A stretch of DNA of 64,000 nucleotides from assembly GCA_965235115.1 (NCBI GenBank), contig OZ249442.1:19840001-19904000 (forward strand). The letters are read 5' to 3'. This document shows, in pieces, positions 39,528 through 50,340 of this stretch (the stretch's first letter is position 1; each line of letters begins with the position of its first letter). The notes below the pieces were generated by a model that saw only the letters and a list, made by a program, of their open reading frames with translations, made no database searches and was not told the origin of the DNA. Both the position numbers and the translations under genes were made by a program. The stretch comes from Laetmonice hystrix. Taxonomy: Eukaryota.

Positions 39528-39668
39528 CACTCTAAAAACAGATTGGTTGAAATTGCAAAGATATTGGTTGAATCAACCAATATTGATTGAAATTTGTCCA
39601 ACCAATTTGGATTGGTTGGACACATTTCAATCAATATTGGTTAATTCAACCAATCTGTCTTTAGAGTG
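39528..39668. mobile_element. 141-bp palindromic MITE with CAC...GTG termini and TA flanks; non-autonomous CMC/EnSpm-like
   Basis: TA|CACTCTAAAAACAGATTGGTTGAA ... TTCAACCAATCTGTCTTTAGAGTG|TA. The two halves are reverse complements apart from about 3 mismatches and a 21-bp extra block in the left arm; the central loop is TTGG. The superfamily call is inferred from the termini. Confidence 0.85.
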
Positions 39669-40089
39669 TATATGAACATTCCTCGTTTTGGAGACAATGG
39701 ACAAGTCACCTTGAGGAGAGGTCTCTTACAAGCAGTCACATGTATGCCAGGGTTTTCGCAGACAGTACCGGGTAGAGGGACACTGGTACTGGTGCAGGTG
39801 GCTAAGCAAGCAGCCGAAAAACTTGATTCTTGGTGGGGCGTTGTTCTACCCCCAGGACGTCTGCTGGTCGGATGTAACTAGCCGGGAGCAGAATGGGAAT
39901 CACAGGGGGTAACATGTTCAGTGTGATGAGTATTGCAAGACACAGGGATGCTCCATGTTGGGGGTGGGTATATGGGGGGGGGGGGGTGCACATGTCTCAT
40001 CATTTTTTGGATGGAGGTTGCAGTGCGTGGGATGTTGGTTGTAGGGGATGTGGACGTTGATGGGGAGACGCTATAGATTTGTGAGTTGT

Positions 40090-40400
40090 AAGATGTAGGC
40101 TGGAAGTGTGGGTTGTTGGTTGTAGGCTAGATGTGTAGGTTTGTTGGATGTAGGCTTGATCTGCGGGCTGCTGGATATAGGCTTGGAATGTGAGATGTTG
40201 GATGTAGGCCTGATCTGCGGGCTGTTGGATATAGGCTTGTTGTGTGCATGGAAGGATCTGGTACATGTTTTGGTTGATGGATACAGGCCAAATATGTGAG
40301 TACATGTAGTTGGGATGTGAGTTCTACATATGCGTGAGTTATTTGTTGGAGTGTGAGTATGGAGTGTGTTTAGGATGGATGTGGGTTGTTGGATGTTAAG
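40090..40400. repeat. Degenerate GT-rich repeat
   Basis: Reiterated GTTGGATGTAGGC and GATCTGCGGGCTG(C/T)TGGATATAGGC blocks. Confidence 0.7.
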
Positions 40401-42836
40401 GTGGAGGTGTGTGTTGTTAGAATGATGGTGTTCTTTGTGTGAGAAGATCGGGATAGGGTCTGTTTGAGGGACCTTCAACAGTATACAACACAATCTAGCT
40501 CGGGGAAACACTAATACTACAATACAGTGGATCTGTCTGAGGAAGCAATTACCGCAATACAGGAGGTCTCTGAGGAAGCAATTACCGCAGTACAGGAGGT
40601 CTGAGAAATCAATGACCAAAGATAATACAGGAGGATTGCATTGAAGGGAGAACAGGAAGAAGGACTTGTTTCAACATGGTAGACATCTGGATAGGGTTCT
40701 ACTATAGGGAGGGGTATCTCGCCATGCCCCCTCTAGAACGCCATGCCACCACCCCCCAACCCCCACCCCCATCAACCCTTATTGTTTGGCCATGGAAAAA
40801 CATTTGAAGACAGATGTCGGACAGATCAGCGCCTTGGATCCCCCTGATATCCTCTTTGATCTTGCAGCAGCAAAGAGGACAGAATTGGATGCAGATTCCG
40901 GCATCAAAACTTGAAAACATCTGTCTGTATGCGTGACGAGGGCCACCTCGCCTCCCCGACACTTGAGCACACATCCCTACCAGTGTTTGCTTTTCCACCA
41001 GGGAGCCCGAGTCGGCAGAGAAAGTTGATGTTAAGTGCGTCCTACAATAGTATGGAGCCCTACCCTACGTCCACCTGTGAGCTAGCTACATTTGGGAATG
41101 AAAAACAATATAAAACAGATTGTCTTCCACATACAAACTAACGTCAGTCGAAGCGTTTGAGTGGAGGGCTGAGAGTCCGTACGAAGGGCATCCAAAGGGA
41201 CATTGGCCTGAAATGTGTCAGTCCTATAGAAGAGTTCAGGACTCTTTGAAATACGATCAGCTCCAGTTGTTTAACCCGATACGGGATTAGACACAGAGAT
41301 GCACCCTGTTCAAAGCGGTTTTAAAGTTTCATCTGTTTTCCCAGCTTTGTGATCAGGAGTTAGAGGTTACAAATGACATAACATCGCCCAAACAAACATA
41401 CGGGTTGGGATCAAAGCAGGCAACGATTGGATACAGAAAACTCAGATTTAAAAAACAACTTTCCAACGTTTTCGTTTTTTTACCATTACTGATTTTAGAA
41501 CACATATCCACCTGCTCACTGAACGTCAAAAACATGATCACGATTGTTTATAGATGATTTGATACTATAGCAGGAATTATTTGCTTTTTGTTTCTGTGAT
41601 GGGAAGGATGGGGCTTAAATGTTTAAACAAATATATTTATTCTCCTGAATTTACATTCATAGGTAAGGTAATAATGACAGGAGTTTAGTAAACTATTCCT
41701 TCTCTGTGGCCTGCCCTCCAGATGAGAAAAAGTTTCTCAGTTAACTGCTGTATTGTCGGTGGTTCTCCGGTTTTCTCCATCAGTAAAACTAACTGCCTCG
41801 ATGTGACTGACCCTGCTTGTTTCGGAGGCGTAAAGCTCCAGACCAAAGGCAGTATTATTGCAAACTGAGATTGTCTGTATAAGTCTACCCTCTCCCACCT
41901 ATACCAACCAGACAGTGGTCCTGTACAGATGATTACCCCCAGCAGCGTACACCTGTCCCTGGACTAGAAACGCACTTCTCTCAAACCATGACCTTATTTA
42001 TACCGTTGTAAAGATGTCACGGAGAACGGAGCTTCTGGGAAACCTGTATCGAAAAAATGGAAGTCTAGCTTTGCTGGTTGATGTCTTGGAAAGTCTGAAA
42101 AAATATATCGATGTGGGAAAAAAAGGAGATGAAAGATATAAGTTGTAAACCAGATTAGAACGTCTGGGGTGGAAGCCGGTGTGCGGCGGTCGGAAGCGTC
42201 CTTGTTCTTGCCGGGAGAGTTTTTCCAGGGAGCGACTATCAGACAGACAAGAGAATCTTATCAAAGTTCGAGTTGCCAGTCCGTCCCTGCCAGTCTGCCA
42301 GGTATCCATCGACAGTCCCGCACTCGCCGTGCCATATGGCAGGCATTGGCCCAGCGCGGGGATGGTCCGCAGATGCTGCTGGGCAGCTTTGATGATTGGT
42401 CGAATTTCATCCAGTGTGCTTGGAGTGTGACTTGCAATGTTTTCTTTGTTGGAGACGGAAGGTCGCTGATTGGAAACACAGTGCCTGACTTGGCTCTGCC
42501 TCCGGTACCCGGAGGACGAGAGGACCCAGCTCCAGACAGATTGGGGTAATTTCGCTGCCGATTGTTTCCTTTAGGGAGACCTCTGCATGCTTTGAGCATG
42601 GCTGAGAATGTTATCAAATGAAAAGGAACGCCCGCTCCGGCTGTGTGGACAAGTGTCTAACAAGATCTGAGGATCTGGGGCCTACTCGTTCACACGGAGA
42701 AAAACTGATACGGTTTCCTCGATGACATCTTCGTACATGAGACCTACAAGTGTTCTGTGATGTTATCTTTTAGATATGACAAGTAAAAACCTGCCTTGAA
42801 ATCCGACGACAGGTGATTCAATATATACACACACAC

Positions 42837-42867
42837 GGCGCGCCCCTACCACGTGACTTGGCGCGAA
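42837..42867. promoter_or_regulatory. Compact E-box plus E2F motif cluster
   Basis: GGCGCGCC (42837), CACGTGAC (42850) and TTGGCGCGAA (42858; reverse TTCGCGCCAA, the core of the classic DHFR E2F site). Motif only. Confidence 0.3.
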
Positions 42868-44417
42868 CTCTTATCGCTACATTCTCGCAGCGGTTTTCAC
42901 CCTCTCTCTATTTGAAGTAGAAAACTTTAGATCCTTACTGTTTGTACGTCCACATCCCGTCCAGCAGTCGGTCTAACGACAAAGCTTTGGAATGGAATGG
43001 CGAAAATGTTACATCAACAGAGCCAGACGGGACGAGAATTTCACTGGTTCTCAGAGGACGCTTCGGTTTTTTTTTTTTATCAACAAGAAATTCTTTAATC
43101 AGCAGAAATATCTCAGATCTTGTTGATGCAGATGTAATGAAATCGCGACTTGTGGTGCTGGTATAGGGTAATGTGGCCCAAAGTAAAACACCAATGGCCG
43201 AAATAAGTCCATGTTGCCGCACCTAGGGAACGCCAGACGATCCATGCAGACCCCGTCAAATTCACAACGGCTATCAACGCTCAAAGATAAGGCAACGTTT
43301 CGTATAAAGGAAATGAGGAGAAAAACAAAATTAATGTCTAACTTTGCGTAAATCAGTGACAGCTAAAACAAAAGTCGAGTAATAAATACATTTCAGGTGC
43401 CAGGAATTGGTGGGAATTGCGCTTATTTGTACTTGGTGGCAACAAGTGTCGATGAACTGTTCTAGGTCTTGTCAACTTAAATCGTTCGGGTGGAGACCAT
43501 CAAGGTTGACCGTGTTGCCACCCAGACTTTTGACTGAACACTTTCAACATTGGAAATAGGTTGAAAGTGTATGTTTGTTTGGACTCTGGTCGAATAACAA
43601 CTGTCCACAAATTGGATCCATGCTTCAAAAACATGCGACCTACCCTCACTGTTAGAACCCATCTCTCGATACGTGCACTTGTAGGCTGGGTGTGCACAGT
43701 GCACGAACCTTTATTGCCTGTGCACAAACCCTGATAGCTCAGTCTGTAGAAACTGTGCACGCATACCCGTATTACAGAGTGCAGGAGTCCTGATTACCAT
43801 CAGTATAGATGATTATTGTTTGGGTATAGGTTGTATATTGTTGATTCTGGCAAGAGGGGGTGCTTTTAATGGTTTCTGGTTTTCCACATTTGTGAATAGA
43901 TTCATCTGTTCATTCGGTATTTCTTCAGCTTCAGTTTCTCACGATTTTTGTGTCTCAGCTCGGAACGTTTCTATATTGTTTCCAGAATTGTGTTTCTGTG
44001 ACCAAAATGTTGAGATTTAGCTCAGTCATTCGGTCTGGAGCTCAGATCTGATCAGACCTCTATTTTTTTTACCTGATTCGTGTCGATAGGTTTCCGTGAG
44101 ACAAGTCCATAGAGCCCTGATCAGGCGCCTGCTGCATGCATGACGTCTGTTTGCTGTGGTCATTACGAGAGTGACCACTGGGCCCGCGGCGTGTGGTCAG
44201 TAACGATCTGAAGGGATCAACTAATGGAGATCAAAGCTGACCAAAGGTCACGGACCTTGGGTCATCCATCACCCCCTATATCTCCACCCCTCGGAGACGC
44301 TCAACCTAAGCTCCGCCTACTCACGACTGTGAACTCGGAACGTGATGTCTATACAACATCTCCGACAGTCGTCTGGTGTGCTGATATTATAACACATCTT
44401 TCTTTAAGTGAGGAGAG

Positions 44418-44985
44418 TCTCCCTCTGTCCGTCTCTCTCTACCTCTCTCTCCTTCTCCTTCCCCTCTCACTCTCCCTATCTCTTACTCCCTATCCCTCTC
44501 TACCTCTCCCCTTCTCCTTCCCCCTCTCACTAGCCTTCTCTCTTACTCCCTATCCCTCTCTACCTCTCTCCTTCTCCTTCCCCCTCTCACGCTCCCTCTC
44601 TCTTACTCCCTACCCCTCTCTACCTCTCTCCTTCTCCTTCCCCCCTCACTCTCCCTCTCTTACTCCCTATCCCTCTCTACCTCTCTCCTCCTTCCCCCTC
44701 TCACTCTCTCTTACTCCCTATCCCTCTCTACCTCTCTTCTTCTCCTTCCCCCTCTCACTCTCCCTCCCTCTTATCCCTCTCTACCTCTTTCTTTCTCCTT
44801 CCCCTCTCACTCTCCCTCTCTCTCTCTTGCTCCCTATCCCTCTCTACCTCTCTTCTTCTCCTTCCCCTCTCACTCTCCCTCTCTCTTACTCCCTATCCCC
44901 CTCTACCTCTCTCCTTCTCATTCCCCCTCTCACTCTCCCTCTCCCTCTCTACCTCCCTCCTACTTCTCCCTGCTCTCCCTCTCTT
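44418..44985. repeat. Polypyrimidine (CT-rich) minisatellite, degenerate unit of about 55-60 bp
   Basis: Repeating CTCTCTTACTCCCTATCCCTCTCTACCTCTC...TTCTCCTTCCCCCTCTCAC. It explains the S/L/P-rich 281-aa ORF. Confidence 0.93.
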
Positions 44986-45889
44986 TCTGTGGTCGAGGAC
45001 CAAACACAGCCGGCGGCCTCCATCCTTTGGTTGTTCTCCGTCTTAGCTCAGAGAGCCTGTCCAAGATGAGCGACGTTAATCGGCTAATTGTTGGTCCCCA
45101 CAAACACTGGTCAGTACACATTGCCAAGAGGACGCTGGACAAGGGGTGGTGACACTGACCGGCCACTCAAACACCCCACTGGAGCCACTGACCACTGGAG
45201 TACCCACCCTGAGACAATGGAGGAGAAGATAGACGCCAGGTTGATCGACCGTGGGACACTTAGGAGTAATTACCCCTCGTCCCCCCTCCCGCCGCTCCAA
45301 CAACCTCCAGGGACCCTACAAGCTGACAGTGGTCGCGTCTCTCGCTGACATACCTACACCTGGGTGACGTCACCATGGCAACGTCAGACGCTGGAGCAGG
45401 TGGGGGGGGGGGGTACTTAGGGGTGTCCCGTGTGACGGGGATTATAGGGAGTCAGTGTTTGTATATGGGATAGCACGTCATGGGGAGTGGGGGTGGGAGT
45501 GGGGGTGGGGGTGAGGGTGTAAGGGGTGGGGGTGGGAGGGTTAGAGGACTGTATACACCAAAGCCTACAGTGAAGCTGTCCTTTGTTCTGTATTATGTCT
45601 TATACTGATCATACCTGCATATTGTTAATTCTGCCTAAATTGTGTGTCATTTTGTTTCTATTGTTCTGAAGAAGCATTTATGTCCTGATATTCTCATTGT
45701 TACCCTTATTTAGTGTCGTCCTCTCACGTTCTGATCATGAGATGGGGTGTTTGAATACACTTCTTTTTCTCACCTGGGAATCCGATGTTTTCTTTCGTTT
45801 TTCCTGATCATAAGATGACGTCATTGATTCCTTTTGTTTTCGATCAGATACTAAATCTAAAGATGGGGGTGTGAGTGATTACAAGTGAG

Positions 45890-46075
45890 TTAGTGGCTGA
45901 GTGAGCGAACCTCATTACCACACTGAAGTGTATGTTAATTGAACCCCATCAGGACCAGTTACAAACTCTCAGGGTTATAGGTGACATGACTGTCGTCCCT
46001 CACACTGAGATTTAGACCCAAGACGTGCATGGATGTAAGTCCCCTCTTGACGGATGTTTAGCCAGTCTGTGCAAA
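45890..46075 (+). mobile_element. Possible decayed tRNA-derived SINE
   Basis: A-box-like TGGCTGAGTGA at 45894 and a degenerate B-box-like ATTGAACCCC about 31 nt later, followed by a short non-coding body. Confidence 0.25.
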
Positions 46076-47994
46076 CTCATATTTAAAACATGAAGGGTAA
46101 CTTTGTTTAAGGTATATGGTAAGAGCGGGCACGTTGACGCGGGCTGGTGGGGTTTTTGTTAGGGGTACGATGACCAACACTCGAGAGGGGGGAGGGTAGT
46201 TGGTCATCATAACACCAGCTCGATCAGATAGACTCGTGGCTCAGGGCTAAGATTATAGGACACACATAACACAAGCCCGCCCGAAAATTCATGCAGATCC
46301 AGTGGCAGACATTGATCCAACGTCAAGCCTCCTTAAGTTAACCAAATGCATGCACAAAACACAAAGATTGCAAGCTCAGTAATCCATATTTAAATACCAA
46401 AACGGTAATCTAAACAACAAGCGCCTTGTATAGGTCTACATTTAGGGATTAAAATCTAATGAATATGTTTAGGAGGATTTAATATCTATTTGTCATATCC
46501 TTTAAATGATTATAACACAATTTCCTTTTTGAAGTGGGGTAATATACTCATACAACACATATGCTAAGTCTTGTTTGATGACAAAGAAATGTAACAGAAG
46601 TACATTTCCTCTAACCATTTTGAGATTTGTCGTTCAAACTTTAAAGCTAAGCAGATAAATGTATGCCTCCATAATACCCCTGCATGGTGTGTGTGATACA
46701 AAGGGAGTGCTGATGTTGTACTCAGATAAACACACAACAATTGTCGACAAAAAGCCACCACCTGTGGCGTTGATAACCCAAGATTATTCACGTTGGGAAT
46801 GCACAGACTAACATATCTTCACAAGCTTCCCATTGTGTGTGTTAGACGTGGGAAAGGGAAGGCAATGGCGTTGTGATTAACTGGCTAAGTAAGAGCATTG
46901 TTCTCGTTAATTTAGCTCCCTCTCTGAGTGATCCACACGACACAATGGTTGGAATCCAGGCCGGCTTTTATCCCCCACTTAGATCCTTTCTGTGCGGAGA
47001 ATAGATATTGAGATAAGGTATAGTGTTCACTGAGATACACAGTCGTTTGGTCTGGTGTGTGAGTGACAATAGCTGCAGCAGGTGCGCGTCCGTGTCTTAG
47101 ATATCGTTACGTAACTCTCAGCATGTCGGACTGGCTGACAACGTGCACCAGGCCGAAAACAAGAGTAACTGATAGCATCCGGAGGGAAGAACGACAGAGA
47201 CAATGTAGATATAGGATTATGGAAATTTGTGAATAACTGAAGAAATATTTCACTTGTTATTAAGTCATTCGCTGAACCAGAAGATAATTCATGAGGAAAT
47301 GCGTTTCAATTATTTATTGTAACTTTTGTCAGTATAGTGGTGACGATTTGAAATGAGATAATCAATGTTTACGTTGTACCCTGAACACTGGAAGCGTCCA
47401 GAGTGAAAACCCTTGAAGTGTGCACAGTGGAGGAATAGACACACAATCAGATTCGAGGGGTGGAAAGTAAGTCAGAAATATAACAATATAACATGTAGTA
47501 TGTTTTGAAAAAGACAAAACTGTAATTTTATTAAAAATGTGCTGAAAGTTTAAGATATTTGATCGAGCTGAACTTCAGGCGGACTTGATAGGAGGCAGAT
47601 GTTTCCATACACAAGAGGAAATAAAGCTACGAGTTGCGGTGAACACCAGGGAGAGAGTAAATCATGCAACTCGTGGTGGATCTAGATGGAGAACCATTTT
47701 TCTTCCTGCTACAACTTTCCGAACTGACCTTGCTCAACCCCCCTCTCAGCTAGATTTCCCTCCTCCCCTCCCTCCTTCCAGAATCCTGGATCCGCTCGTA
47801 TACAGTCTTCACGTGTTTTAGAGATGTAGGTTCGGTGTCTTGGCAAATTTAATTTGGGAATGATATGCCTAAGTACTTTTTTTTTTTTTTTTTATTGAAC
47901 ATCTTTACCCAGGATTACCCACTCGGCTGGGAGCCGTTACAAATGTGAGGTCCTGCATGGATACATAACTACAAGAATATAATATACAGGTCTA

Positions 47995-48293
47995 CAAAAA
48001 TATATACAAGACTACCTACATGAGCAGTCTCACAGAGACAGTATCACATCTGGTGATTACCAGCATTCGTGTTCAAGGTTATTATCTGATAGGAACATGC
48101 TTATGTTATATAGTGTCTTTTAATTGCTGCTTTAGAATTTGTTGAGCTTATTTATACATCTGATATGTTGAGGTAGGTTATTCCATAACACAGATTGATA
48201 GATTTTTCAAATATCTCAAACTTTGCCAGAGGGACATTGAGTAGAGTAGCATCATGTGCCCTGGTTCTTATGTCCCTACGTTATCTCTCACTT
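47995..48293 (-). pseudogene. Decayed second copy of the ORF2 3' end and proximal 3' UTR of the same LINE
   Basis: Aligns to 48342-48658, with 16-nt and 10-nt deletions, a 5-nt insertion and scattered substitutions (EVRDN/RDIRTRAHDATLLNVPLAKFEIFEKS). Confidence 0.92.
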
Positions 48294-48373
48294 CCTAAAA
48301 CAAAATTAAATTAAAACAAAAATATATACAATTTAAACAAGAAATATATACAAGAATTCCTACATGAGCAGTC

Positions 48374-50340
48374 TCACGGAGACAGTATCACATCTGATGA
48401 TTCCCAGCATTCGTGTTCAAGGTTATTATCCGATAGGAACATGCTTATATAGTGTCTTTTAATTGCTGCTTTAAAGTTGTTGAGCTCATTTATACATCGG
48501 ATATGCAGAGGTAGGTTATTCCATATAACAGGTTGATAGTAGTTGTTTGATTTTTTAAATAACTCAGATTTTGGCAGAGGGACATGGAGTAGGGTAGCAT
48601 CATGTGCCCTGGTTCTAATGTCCCTATTGTTAAGCACCGCCGCGTTATCTCTCACTTCATTAAAGGTGATTTTCTGTAACATCATCAGTCTTCTATAATT
48701 ACAAGGAAGGATCTTGGCTTCGACGTGAAGATCAACTGTTCTATATAAGATGTTTTTGTTCAGAGCAATTTTCAATCCACTATTTTGGATTACTTGTAAC
48801 TTCTGTTGATAAGATTCGATGCATGTCCCATTAAAGATGTTACCATATTCAATATAAGGTAGGATCATCGCTTTAAAAATGGTTAGCGCAGTATGTGTAT
48901 TAATGTACTGTCTTAGTCTTGATAACATATATACCTTATGCCCTGCTTTCTTAATACTATTTTTGATGTGGTCATTAAATTGCAGCCTGTTGTCTAAGAC
49001 TATTCCCAGATATGAGAAGTTATGTACAAATTCGAGCAGCACCCCATTGACATCTATCAATGGTAGCTCACAGTGATCATGTGAATTCTTACTAAAAAAC
49101 ATACATTTTGTTTTGTCAAGGTTGACAGTTAATTTGTTGGCATTAAACCATCCAGTCAATTTGGTCATGTCTTGATTGATATTGGAAATCACCTCAGCCA
49201 ACACTTTTCCATGGGCCACCATCGCCGTGTCATCGGCAAACATATTCAGATCCGATGTAATATCACAGTCCATAATATCATTTACATACAATAAATAGAT
49301 AAGTGGGCCTAAAACGCTTCCCTGAGGTATACCATAGTTAATAGATTTACAATCAGAGTTTACACCACCATTTTTCACATACTGCTGCCTGTCCCTGAGG
49401 TATTCAATGATCCATTGTTTGCACTGCCCTTTAATACCTACTCTTTCTAGTTTCGTACAAAGGATGTCATGATTCACACAGTTGAATGCTTTCGACAGGT
49501 CTAGAAATACCACTATACTGTATTCACCATTGTTTCTGTACTCGTATAATTTATTAGCAATAGTGTTGACTGCCCGTATTGTTGATTTCCCTTTTCTGAA
49601 TCCATTCTGGTGCTTAAAAAATAGTTCATTGCTTTCCATATAATTGTAAATTTCATTATTTACATGCTTTTCCAAAATTTTTGAGGGAAGCGGAGTGTTT
49701 GATATGGGGCGCAGATTGTTCATGAGTGTAATATCCCCTTTTTTGGGCAGTGGCGTGACCTTGGATACTTTAAAGCAGGCCGGTAATTGGGAATTTCTAA
49801 GCGAGAGATTATAGAATTTAACCAAAATGTAGGGAATACTGGTAAATGCATCCACCAATAATCTTGTGCTAATTTCTTTTAGACCTGATGATTTTGTTAA
49901 AGGAATTTTTCTTAGAATTTTGAAAAGATGGTCTTCAGTTAATTCCTCAAATATAGAGAGGTTTGTGGTGCATGTATCATCGTGGTTATAATCTGTGCTG
50001 CACGTTGGCAATTTGTCTGCTAGATCTTTACCTATATTTATAAAGTAATCATTCATAAGGTCATTCGCCTCTTTGCCTGTGCACAATCTTTCAGTATCCG
50101 GATTAAATATAGCATCCACATTTTTAATTTTCATGTCAGGTATTAATGATTTGATATCCTTCCAGAATTTGCTTTGGTCCTTTTCGTGTTCCTTTAATTT
50201 AGATAATGTATAATTTTGTTTTGCCTCATTTACCATCTTATTGTAAATTTTGCGGGCATGAGAGGCTTTATCATAGTTACTTTGTGACTTATTTCTTATT
50301 ATTAAACTTTGTTGTTTAATAGCTAACCGCCTTTGTTGGT
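48374..50340 (-). CDS. LINE ORF2 C-terminal part with reverse transcriptase domain (about 655 codons, no stop or frameshift); lacks its native N-terminus
   Basis: Motifs in order: KVTPLPKKGD..NLRPIS, QNGFRKGKST, FLDLSKAFNCVNH, GIPQGSVLGPLIYLLYVND, FADDT, NKLTVNLDKT, YLGIVLD, RTRAHD, WNNLP. The first 60 or so residues of the 713-aa track ORF are flanking DNA. Confidence 0.95.

Larger units (their letters stand above)
47877..50340 (-). mobile_element. 5'-truncated non-LTR retrotransposon (LINE), CR1 group (CR1/L2/Crack/Daphne-like)
   Basis: Intact RT frame, 3' UTR, and an AATAAA running into a 17-nt poly(A) (T17 at 47877-47893). No APE endonuclease domain remains. Homology ends at an (AAC)6 tract at 50342-50359. 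No TSD seen. Confidence 0.95.

Noticed and set aside
40702-40998. Minus ORF with IQGADLSDICLQMFFHG resembling the CR1 RGDLIE.FK..G motif
   Set aside because: One loose motif without ordered neighbours; not distinguishable from chance.
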